Positions 54,501 to 64,000 of a stretch of DNA of 64,000 nucleotides are shown here, piece after piece; the first letter of the stretch is position 1, and every line of letters begins with the position of its first letter. This stretch comes from Lingula anatina (taxonomy: Eukaryota > Animalia > Brachiopoda), in assembly GCA_051362555.1 (NCBI GenBank), contig CM120642.1:26164001-26228000 (forward strand), given 5' to 3'. The notes beneath the pieces were generated by a model. The model searched no databases, was not told the origin of the DNA, and worked only from the letters and a program-made list of their open reading frames with translations. The position numbers were made by a program, and so were the translations under genes.

Positions 54501-57500
54501 TGTTATCAGCGGCGTTAAAGTTAAAGCTGGTTCCCGTGGAAAGGCCTCCCAGCGCGTTCCCAAACCCAGTGGACGCAGCGCCAAACCCAGCTGGCTTGTT
54601 GCCAAACAGTGTGCTGCCCGTGTTGGCATCTGAATAGTAGGAAAAATGCATTTAACTGGTATCAACCAATTCAGTTTTATGACCTGATGGCTGCCTTCAA
54701 GTGCTGTTGCTTGAAGTAATCGTTTTAATATGATCATAGCCTAGGACTACATGGTTATTACTTAAGTGTATTTTCACTTAACTCCAATATAAGACACAAG
54801 AAGCTTTCTAAATACGAGTTAGATTCTCCATAGAGAGATCGTGGTTAAAAAGAAGACTGTAAAGTACCCGCTAATAATTATCACGCAAATGACAATGTGA
54901 CATTTAAATAAAGTTCACAAATGGGAATAGGAAAGTACAAGTTATATAGATAATTAAGGTGTACATTGAAAACTCTCACTGAATCTCAAAACAAAATGTT
55001 AAGGTCACAGCTAAACAATTCAATCTCCAAGCCTACATAACTATACTCACTGAAGCCAGTGGACTGCCCAAAGCCAAACCCAGTGCTTGTTGTAGGCTTG
55101 GCAAAGAGACTGCTGTTGGTTTGTCCAAAGCCAAATGTTGTCCCAGTGTTTGTGGTGGCTGTACTGGTTGTACCAAAACCCAGAGGTTTCTGGCCAAAAA
55201 GACCCTAAAATAAAAATTTAATCAATATTAAAGATGCATACAAAGGAAATTTAATGCATTAACAGAATTTGACTGAACGGCATTTCAAACACCCCCGGTG
55301 GCAAAGGGAAAACCTTTTTTTAGGTAATAAAATCTTCTTGCATAAAATATTTCTCTATCATTTCTTCATAAGGGAAAACAAAACTAATTTGTTTGTACAA
55401 TGACACATACAGATACGGATACAAATGGGCATATATACACAATGCAAACATTACATTTTATCAGGACCCAGGCAGAAATATCTAATCACTTACCCCAGTC
55501 TGTGTGCTGTTAAATCCTGTACTGGTGCCAAACCCGCCAGTGCCAAATCCTGTTGAAGCGGTGGATGTCTGGCCAAATATTCCACCGGCCTGAGAGGTGG
55601 TTGTGTTGCCAAACAGTGGCTAAAATGTTGGAAGAAAAAAAACTTTCTGTGAATATAGTGGATTATAGAAAGTATTTGGAGTCAGAATCTTAATGCTACA
55701 AGTTTGCAGGGGATAGATAGTTGCCCTTGGTTGCTTTCAGTTGTGCTTTAAAGACGTTTTTAAAAACATAACAGCCATTATTGTTTACAAAGTGTTATCA
55801 TATTTTCTGATATTACCCTAAATATTTTTACCATTCAGTTAAAAAGAGAATCAGACATCCTCCCAGCTGGTCAATTAGAGAAAAAATCCATACTGATAAA
55901 AAAACCTGTCTATTTCTACAATTATAAAGTTCCACCATATACATTTTAAGTCAAAACATCTAAGGCCGCATTCACATCGAGTTGAGCCATGGCTCTACAA
56001 AGCCATGACCTAAATATGGCGGACTCAATGTGAATGCAGCCTTATTCACCAGACAGGCTGGAGTTGTGAACACTTAGCTTACCTTGCTCTGTTGCTGTCC
56101 AAACAGAGATGTCCCACCTCCTGTACTGGTGGTTCCAAAACCTGTTCCAAACCCTGTACTAGCTGCAGTGGTAGTAGCAGTTCCAAATGTAGGTTTGGTC
56201 TGACCAAACAAGCTGCTGCCACCAGTGTTCTGCTGTTGACCAAATAAACCGGTAGAAGTGTTGCCAAATGCTAGGAAATCAGAAAAAAAAATCTCACTAT
56301 AATTGCTTATGCTACAATCTTAAAATTATGCTAAAGAACACTATTATAAACACATAATGAATTTGATAATTAACCATATCTGTATCTGACTCTAACTCAA
56401 ACATTATAAATCACAAAAATATTCTGGGTTCACATCGAAATGTAACAAATTTACAAATTGCTAATGAAAAAGATTTTGATTAAAAACTGAAAGCAATCAG
56501 CTTTGTCCCCCCCCCCCCCAAAAAAAAAAAGATAAATAAAAATAAAATAATAAATAACTTGAAACCAACTGATTAAAAGAAAATAAACCACCAAAAGTCA
56601 AAGAACTGAATTAGAAATATACATACACTTACCACTTCCAAATCCTCCAGTTGTCTGTTGTTGCTGTTGTTGTTGCTGCTGAGGCTGTCCAAACCCAAAA
56701 GCCGATGTCTGTCCAGTCTGTGTATTACCAAACAGACCCGTCCCAGCTGTCGCCCCCTGCTGGGGACCTTTACGATTGGCTGCGTAATCTTCCATGCGAA
56801 GTTCCTGCATTAAAGAAAATCAAGTTATTATTTTCTTTTGTACATTCAGATGCCAAATTGTTTGAAACAGCTTCTTAATCAGTATTTGATATGGGAGATT
56901 TCTTTGAAATCTTATGTCTTAAACATAATTGATGTAGCATTATGTTTATTTATTGGGTTTCAGAATGGTTTATAACCATTCTGAAACCCAATAAATAAAC
57001 ATAATGCTTACATATATTACCCAAAACTATTTAAGCCTTGATAGACAAGAAATTGTTGATTGTCTTAAATGCAGCTTTCTCCTCACCTCTAAACTCTTAC
57101 TCTCATACTCCTTCATGGCCGTGATGCACTGATGCTTTGTGTTGATAGTCTGTGAGACGCCATTTTTCAACATGTTATCACTGCCTGGCAGTGGGTTGAA
57201 TTTCACTGTGGTGCCAGTTTGTGCAGTGCCAAACGCTGTGGCTGAAATAGAAACATATTATATGTGCTGTATCACAAGTCACCAATTATGCTTTGGATGA
57301 CATTGTTAAAATCTACACTTGCATCAGTACAAGTGCGTGGTTTATATGTATTCATAATGAAAATCCTACTAACCATTAAGGGTGCAGCAAAGTCTTTTTT
57401 TAATCAATAATTCATCTATTTTTATAGATATCCATCACCAAGTGGGGCATGGAGAGATAGTCTTAGATTAACATAAAGAATACATACATAACACCAATCA

Positions 57501-60078
57501 TCTCAAGTAGGTCTGAGTAATCACCAGTGGCCAATTCCCTTGCATAGCTACATGTCAAGTAATTGATCAGAACCCTGCATCACTACCTAATTACAACCTA
57601 CCTGCACCTCACCCGCATTATAACCTAACTAAAACCTACCTGCACCTCCCCCTCACATTATAACCTAATCAAAACCTACCTGCACCTCCCCCACATTATA
57701 ACCTAATTAAACCTACCTGCACCTCCCCCCCCAATTATAACCTAATCAAAACCTACCTGCACCTCCCCCCACATTATAACCTAATCAAAATCTACCTGCT
57801 ACTCCCCCTGCATTATAACCTAATCAAAACCTACCTCCACCCCCCTGCATTAAAACCTAATTAAAACCTACCTCCACCCCCACCACCTCTGCATTATAAT
57901 CTAATCAAAACCTACCTGCACCTCCCCCTGCATTATAACCTAATCGGAACCTACCTGCACCCCCTGCATCATAACCTAATAAGAACCTACCTGCACCTTC
58001 CCCCCGCATTATAACCTAATCAAAACCTATCTGCACCTCCCCATGCATTATAACCTAATCAGAACCTACCTCCACCTCTTCCTTCATTATAACCTAATAA
58101 GAACCTACCTGCACCTTCCCCCATATTATAACCTAATCAGAACCTTCCTGCACCTTCCACCTGCATTATCACCTAATCAAAACTTACCTGTACCTCCCCC
58201 TGCATTATAACCTAATCAAAACCTACCTGCACCTCCCCCTGCATTATACCTTAATCAAAACCTACCTCCACCTCCCCCTGCATTATATAACCTAATCAGA
58301 ACCTACCTCCACCTTCCTCTGCATTATAACCTAATCAGAACCTACCTGCACCTCCTCCAAAGAGACTGCTGCCCCCAGTGGTGCCTGTGGTACCAAATGG
58401 CAAGGTGCCTGTGGAGGTTTGGGTGGTGCTGCCAAACAGACTGGTGCCTGTGGAAGTGCCACCAAAACTGGTATCTAAAATGGACAGTTTGACCTTGCAT
58501 ACTGTGTTCATCACAAGTGTGTGGTTATGGCAGTACTTTACAGGTAGCATTCATTTAGTACTTGATACCAAATGGTTGAAACATATGCCAACAAACCAAG
58601 CCAAACTTTAGATATAGATAGAGCCCATATTTGTTTGAAGTTTACTCCATTTGCTCACAAACATTTACTACCCACAAAATGAAAAAAAAAAAAAAAACTG
58701 ACACTTGGTTGCAATCACATTAACCAGGCTGAGAGAAAAAAATTCCTTCAAAAAAAGAACAGATTTTATTTAAATAAAACAAAAACTTTAGTCCAACTTG
58801 TCATTTTTAGAATGACAGCAACAACAACAACAACTTATATAAGATGACAAGACAAATTGTGAGAGGGTGATCAACTTACTTCCCACTCCAAACCCCGGTG
58901 TCTTGGCTCCAAAGGCTGAGCTGGTTGATGGTGTGGCAAATAACCCTCCTCCACCAGTGCTAGAACTGGCAAACAAACTGGTGGTCTGTGTTGTAGGCTG
59001 ACTGCCAAATGCTGGAAAAACAAAATAAGAGACATGCAGTTGTAACTCATTCACTTTCCCCTCCCTTCAAAGAAAATTTTAGAACTAAGGTCATGATCTG
59101 CAACAGCTACAAACTGCATTAATACATTACACAATTAATAGCATTATGAAGACACTAAATATATAAGTCATATTACAAATCATCTTTGTTTAAAGAAATT
59201 CGACATCAGTTATTATTTAAAATTTTTTTATTAAAATTCTTTCAAAAAATGGAAAATACTTTCAAATGTTACAAGTTATCCAATTTCCTGAATCTAGCAG
59301 GTCCATCTGTAAATGCATCACTGATATCCCTACATGATCAAACAGGAAAAAGTATACCTACAAAACCCACCAGATCCTCCTGCAGAGGAGAAAGATGTCC
59401 CTCCAAACAGTCCCCCAGTTTGCTGTGTGTTGGCATTGCCCCCAAATAGCCCCCCTGAGGCTGGAGTCTGGCTTCCAAAGGCTGGTGTCCCAAATGTGGT
59501 AGCAGTACCTGTGGGTTTTGCACCAAAAGTACTAGTTGTACCTTTAGACAGCGCAATTTGATAGGAAAACATAATATCAGGGTTCATAAACTTGTGACAT
59601 ATTTGTACATATTACTTTGATATCTAAACTATATGTAAGTTAACGTGAAAAATAAATTTATTTATTTATTTTGTATCTGAATTATTAAGTTTCAAAATTT
59701 ATTTTCAAATATGATAATTTACATTTAATTTATATCAACATGTTACATTATTCTAGTCATAGTAAACAATCACTCACCTCCCCCAAATGGTGTTGAGGCC
59801 CCAAATGATGCTGAAAATTCAAGTAAAAAGCAAAACATTATTCATCAGACTCTGGGTAAATAGACATAAATACATGGCACTGTAAAGACAGAAACTTTGC
59901 TGTATAGTTTTACCAGTTTACTCTTATTAAAAAAATAAATACACATATAAATATATGCCTTATAAAAGTAAATGGGTTATAGCAAATACATTTATTCTAC
60001 TTTAAATACATGAAAATTAAAAAGTTACTCACTTCCAGTGCCACCACCAAAACCAAATGGTTTGTTTGCACCAAACAT
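34721..60078 (-). CDS. NUP98: Nuclear pore complex protein Nup98-Nup96 polyprotein (~38 coding exons)
   Basis: Starts [14 protein letters not shown] (ATG 60078). Contains FG/GLFG-type repeat exons, GLEBS ([32 protein letters not shown], 57087-57241/56633-56804), PYGDSPLF, the autopeptidase domain ([46 protein letters not shown]) and Nup96 motifs ([43 protein letters not shown]). TGA at 34721-34723. Confidence 0.96.
35751..35976. mobile_element. ~230-bp TAA-flanked MITE, copy 2
   Basis: Homologous to 15206-15449 (GTGGGGAGTCTCACTAGATTACTGTCAGC...CCCCCAGGGAGTTAGGTCGATCTAAA); TAA at 35748-35750 and 35977-35979. Confidence 0.7.
37390..37462 (-). ncRNA. Intronic box C/D snoRNA, copy 1
   Basis: Minus strand reads TCCCAT-GTGATGA (C)...TTGA (D')...GTGATGC (C')-TAAAGCAATAACTGATCTAAT-CTGA (D)-TGGGA, with a 5-bp terminal stem. 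It is sense to its NUP96 host and has a paralog in the adjacent intron. Confidence 0.8.
37996..38066 (-). ncRNA. Intronic box C/D snoRNA, copy 2
   Basis: Minus strand reads CCCAC-GTGATGA...TTGA...GTGATGC-TAAAGCAATAACTGATCTAAT-CTGA-TGGG. Boxes and D-guide are identical to copy 1; flanks are unrelated. Confidence 0.8.
38402..38445. repeat. (TTAA)n microsatellite next to a NUP96 splice acceptor
   Basis: About 11 TTAA units; a similar (AAAT)n(TAAT)n tract lies at ~52136-52198. Confidence 0.9.
39101..42820 (+). mobile_element. Helentron/HINE-like element with large internal tandem duplications in a NUP96 intron
   Basis: 5' ACAAGGCAGCAAAGCTG plus subterminal ATGTACAGACA; two ~1481-bp near-identical units (from 39101 and 40582); ~162-bp core repeats; (CGACGG)n microsatellite plus palindrome TATGTACAGACAC-atct-GTGTCTGTACATA present twice (42420-42449, 42789-42818). 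Confidence 0.75.
47098..47234. mobile_element. 137-bp CAG-terminated MITE with a 6-bp TSD
   Basis: TIRs CAGTCATGAG / CTCATGTCTG; ATATTA at 47092-47097 and 47235-47240. A decayed relative lies at ~37145-37275. Confidence 0.6.
49482..49529 (-). CDS. NUP98: Putative alternative terminal exon giving a Nup98-only isoform ([15 protein letters not shown])
   Basis: Acceptor TTGTTTTAG at 49530-49531, in phase 0 with the upstream HFS exon (donor ~49850). Sixteen codons to TGA, followed by ~1.4 kb of UTR-like sequence with minus-strand AATAAA (e.g. ~48119-48124, ~48934-48939). Confidence 0.5.
   Translation of the reverse strand: MNAENVGNRRWRQIR
55964..56041. mobile_element. 78-bp hairpin MITE (Harbinger/Tourist-like)
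   Basis: TIRs GGCCGCATTCACATCGAGT / ACTCAATGTGAATGCAGCC flanked by TAA / TTA. Confidence 0.6.
56936..57008. repeat. Perfect 35-bp inverted repeat with a 3-nt spacer
   Basis: AGCATTATGTTTATTTATTGGGTTTCAGAATGGTT-tat-AACCATTCTGAAACCCAATAAATAAACATAATGCT. Confidence 0.95.
57585..58355 (-). repeat. ~39-bp minisatellite made of a NUP98 exon end plus its 5' splice site
   Basis: About 20 units of plus-strand CATTATAACCTAATCARAACCTACCTGCACCTCCCCCTG. On the minus strand the unit reads GGAGGTGCAG|GTAGGTTYTGATTAGGTTATAATG; the first unit is the real donor (exon end 58346). Confidence 0.92.
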
Positions 60079-60479
60079 GGTTTATGGTGACAGATTTCAC
60101 TTCTTCTGTACTAGCAGATTTTTCACGTCAGTTTCTTCCACTTTGTCTTTATTTCTACGCTACGTCCTGGAATAAATGACCTGTAAAAAAGTACACATTA
60201 AAATTTTATTACAGCTGTATATAGTACATATGTGGGGGAATTACTGCGAACATACAGAGAACAAAATAAAATTTTCATCTTCCACAAATAAAATGTCAAT
60301 AAAATTTAGAATCTGGAAGTAGAACGTACCTTTACAACGTGTTTTTTTTTATCACTCGTTATCTATCCGATAGTAGTGCCTAAAGATTTGGCATCAAATA
60401 AGTGTCAAGTTCAATGCAATATGTTCCAATGCACCACAGTATCAAAAATGAAACAAAGATTAACTTAGATATTTTAAAA

Positions 60480-60920
60480 AATTGGCACACTACTGGTCAC
60501 ATGCGCGGGAAGTAGACAAAAGTGAAATAAGCCACTTTTACCATAAGACACGGTCCTACAGAAAAGACACTTTACCTTATTGCTTTTCTATGCTATGTTA
60601 TCGCTTTTACATATTTTATATCCCTTATGATTCAGTCTCTGCACGGAATTCCCCTTTTTTCTCAGCTAGTTCAAACTAGATTCCCACTTATTCCAAAATG
60701 GCGACCTGATAAGTAGGTCACCTTAAGGCAAGACAAGTATGCGCTCGTGCATGCAACTTTTTTATGAAGTTGGAGCATCTAGTTAGTGTCAAAAGAGAAA
60801 CTATACGTTTATATCCAAATATGTTATCCAAATATCAGAAAGAATACACAAAGGTGTTGTTATTTTTGTTGCTACTGATGTCACACATGAATAAGACAGT
60901 GGCGCCATCTATACACCAGA
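60480..60920 (-). promoter_or_regulatory. Probable NUP98 promoter / non-coding first exon region
   Basis: 5'UTR acceptor at 60181-60182 and a candidate donor at ~60574; YY1-like CAAAATGGCGAC at ~60694; locally CpG-richer. Confidence 0.4.
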
Positions 60921-63046
60921 AATGACAGTAAACATGTTTTGCTTTTCACTTTGTCCATTTGTTGTCTCTGGCATTATCAAGGGTTTTTCATGCCTGTAGG
61001 AATAAATTCGCGTTAATGCTCTCAGTTCATCGTGTTATATTTTGGTTTTGACTTTTTTATCACTGGGAGACTCGTTTCCAGTTCAAACCAGTTAACAATC
61101 CCTGGGAAATTCCCGGATTACACATTTCCAAAAATAGCTACTGTTTCTGTTTTCATGGCTGGTACTTTTCCCCAGTCATATATGATATCATTATTTTTTG
61201 TTTCATGCAACACTTTATAATCCGTCAAGCACGAAAAGAAACCAATAATTCCCCCGTCTACTAAAATTAACAGCCCAGGATTGTTTGAAAGGGGTCTGGT
61301 TTTTGGGAATGACAAGCCGCGAATGGGAAGCCGACCCCCCCCCCCCCTCTTGGCGTGGGGTTTGGCGGTCCCCCGAAAAATGTTGGTACCATTAATTGGT
61401 GTGACTTTTTTTTTCAGAAATCGAAATGGGGGAGGTCAGGACCCTCCCTGACATAGGCCTACCCCTAAAGCTGCACTGATGCCAATATTTTATTGTTATA
61501 TAGGCCTATTAGGAGATACAGCAGCTTTATAATTAATCAAAATCAAAATTGATAAACTACATGTTAACGCGATAACCTGTCCAGAGTAGGCCTGCTTGTG
61601 AAAGATAGAAACCATGCAGTGACAATTAATTTTGATGCTGAATATAAATAAAAAGATAAAATCGAGTGCTTTTGCTCAGAATTTCGTATTATTTGCATTT
61701 ATAGCCCGCCTATTTGAGTATGAAGGTAGGCCCTACACTTCATGGGTTTGAAAATGCTTATTTTTGCCATCCACATGCAGCTTCTCCCAAAACCTTACAT
61801 GTGTACCTTGAAATGAAATCATGCACCCCCTTAAATATTTTTTCTTGAGAGTGTACCTAAAGTTGATAGGCCTACTTCCATCGGAGCTTAGGAAGATGGT
61901 CGTTATAATGACTGTCCAGCCATTTTAAACTAAATCAACTTTTTAAAATTTAATTAAGGGTCGAATCCAAGTGCCAAAAAGGATAAATAAATGATTAGTG
62001 AGTACGAGAAAATTGCTTATTTTCCCGTGGAAAATCCATTTCGGCAGGTTAATCCCATGGCGTCGCCCTTTAATTAAGGACTCCATGTTAGACAAAAACT
62101 CATAACTTACCGTACTGTCTTTACATGTACAAACCGATGTATATGTTTTGGATGAAGTGTTCGCTGACTTAATTCCATTCCAAATTAATGCTATTGTACC
62201 GATGGCGTCATATCATACAAACACCATTTGACGGTTTCGGGGTGATCAATTTAACTATGACATTATTGAACAACGTACAAAAAATCCATGGCTTTTAATA
62301 TCTTAAAATGCCCGCATGCGTTCAGATTTTTTATCGTTAATAAGACAAAAAAAATACTTGGTTCAATGAAACATCAATTGTGATTAGGGGTTCATGACTT
62401 CATAACAAATTATTCAAGCTACAGTGACGGCATGGGTTGTAGTTCTAAGCCCGATACGATGGCGCCCAATACGATGACATCACTGTAGGCATTCTTTCCA
62501 GGGATATTTGAAGTAGTCTTAGAGAGCCAGAAAGCGATAAAAATAATAGAGCCGAAAATTTCAAACGTATTGTAGGATGTCGTTTCATTATATTTTAATG
62601 TAAATGTATTACGCTTATTCTTTTCTATAATTTTAAAGAAAGTAGTGGGGTGGGTGGGGTGTGTGATAACCAAGAGTAAGATGATACACACATTTTTCAT
62701 AGCAACCTGGACACTATACTTAAGGTTCCTTATCATAAAGGTGTCAAAATATGCGAGTTAATACAATGAGGACAGAATTGTAGGATTTTGTCTTACATAT
62801 CCGTCACCGATCAGTATTTCCATTTGGGAGAGATTCTGGATTTATTTTTGGTCAATCAGTGCAAGTTCTTCCCGCTATCTGATCACAATTACGTTTATCT
62901 GATTTAATCACATTTCGGCTTTGTTTTTGTCTTTAAGGTCATGTCAGAATATCTTTCTATCCAGCCGTGCTATCGGCGTATCATGATTGTAATTTGAGTC
63001 GCTCTTGGACTTTGAAGTTAAAAAACAGAGTCATCAGCAAAGGTTA

Positions 63047-63078
63047 GTAGAACCAAGGAGATAACTCCTTGGTAGAAC
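63047..63078. mobile_element. Minimal P-element-like remnant (excision footprint or micro-MITE)
   Basis: GTAGAAC | CAAGGAG-ataa-CTCCTTG | GTAGAAC: a 7-bp direct repeat around an 18-bp palindrome with CAAGG termini. Confidence 0.6.
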
Positions 63079-63283
63079 ATTATTCAAACGTTCTTCACTG
63101 TTTATTAATTAAAAAAAAAAAACAAAACTCGCAAAAAGATTTCATATTTTGCATCAATACGATTCGCACAACCTAGCCCCTTATAATTACATCTAACGTG
63201 AGAAAAACGTTCCCACTATTAACAAAATATAATGATATGTGTCGGTTATATTTACCAAGATAGCAAGCATGTAGTGGTCGTAC

Positions 63284-63425
63284 TGACGTCAGCAGTGGTG
63301 GGCATGGTCACGGTCGGCAAGCGCTGTCGGTCCAACGTTGAAACGTCCCCGTGTTTGCGAAAATTTATTTTTCGGTTGCTTTCTGTGCTGTATATAACCG
63401 GGCCAGATAAGTAAGTCAACTTACG
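63284..63425 (+). promoter_or_regulatory. Candidate CRE + TATA promoter of a gene not resolved in this window
   Basis: Full palindromic TGACGTCA (63284-63291), a CpG-rich stretch, and TATATAA (63391-63397) about 100 bp downstream. Confidence 0.35.
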
Positions 63426-64000
63426 GCCAAAAATTAAAAATTTGATTCGTATAAGAAATTAGTAGCAGTGGTTTACATGTGTTACTGGAAAAACACGCTT
63501 GCTTTATATGTAACTTTAACTGTAGCAATTATTACGAGCTACATGTCCATGTAAATCATGCTTCAGCACTTAGATTCATGTTTTATAATTTATGTCAAAG
63601 AACGAAAAAATCCCCGTTAGCACGTTGCCATGGATTTTTGGAAAAGTTGAATACGAAGCTAAGAATACAGGGGTTGGACATGCATATGGACTGCAGCTGT
63701 TTCACTGTAAAAGCAAAAACACTAAAAAGTTATCTTTGTGTAACTTGGTGTATGTGCGCGCACAAAAAATATGTTCACAACACAAATGGATATATCTAAA
63801 AAGCAAGAGCTTTATTCAAGAAATTTTAACTGGTATTAACTTTTTTTATCATAAATAATAATTGTTCTATATGTATATATATAACTAGGACTTGGTCAGT
63901 TATCTTAATACAAGATCCATGTGGATAAATTCAAAGCTACCACCCCCCCAGAGTGGGAGCATTCACAAAGCATCAGCATATATAATAATATGTTGTTTTC

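Noticed and set aside
57585-58355. Regularly spaced ~39-bp repeats resembling a CRISPR array
   Set aside because: No unique spacers, no cas genes, and a eukaryotic intron context; it is a tandem minisatellite.
58378-59561. Pro/Val-rich plus-strand ORFs
   Set aside because: They are antisense shadows of the NUP98 FG-repeat exons.
61000-63000. Short ORFs (e.g. 62419-62736) as a further gene
   Set aside because: No recognisable domain or consistent splice structure; the region looks like decayed MITE fragments (e.g. TTAA-flanked ~61955-62075).

Overview
AT-rich, intron-dense animal genomic DNA. The repeat types suggest a marine invertebrate, probably lophotrochozoan/mollusc-like (inference). 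Gene content: (1) the 5' two-thirds of a Rab escort protein gene (CHM/REP1, minus strand, ATG 7639, runs off the left edge); (2) head-to-head with it, a tandem array of four 9-exon SLC36/PAT-type amino-acid transporter paralogs on the plus strand (11.4-34.0 kb), plus an orphan copy of part of the last exon; (3) a complete ~38-exon NUP98-NUP96 polyprotein gene on the minus strand (60078->34721), convergent with the fourth SLC36 copy. Introns carry many non-autonomous DNA elements (hAT-like with 8- and 6-bp TSDs, 9-bp-TSD MITEs, TAA-flanked MITEs, two Helentron/HINE-like elements). Most notable: two paralogous intronic box C/D snoRNAs in NUP96 whose conserved guide matches 18S rRNA near nt 99-112; a ~39-bp minisatellite built from a NUP98 exon/intron junction, giving ~19 extra copies of the 5' splice site; His55->Asn in all four SLC36 paralogs plus progressive TM1 and ENKM changes; a 5-nt frameshifting deletion in SLC36 copy A; a probable Nup98-only alternative terminal exon; two GC-AG introns; and a transposon inserted inside a splice donor that recreates the donor. 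All coordinates were read by eye and may be off by a few bases.
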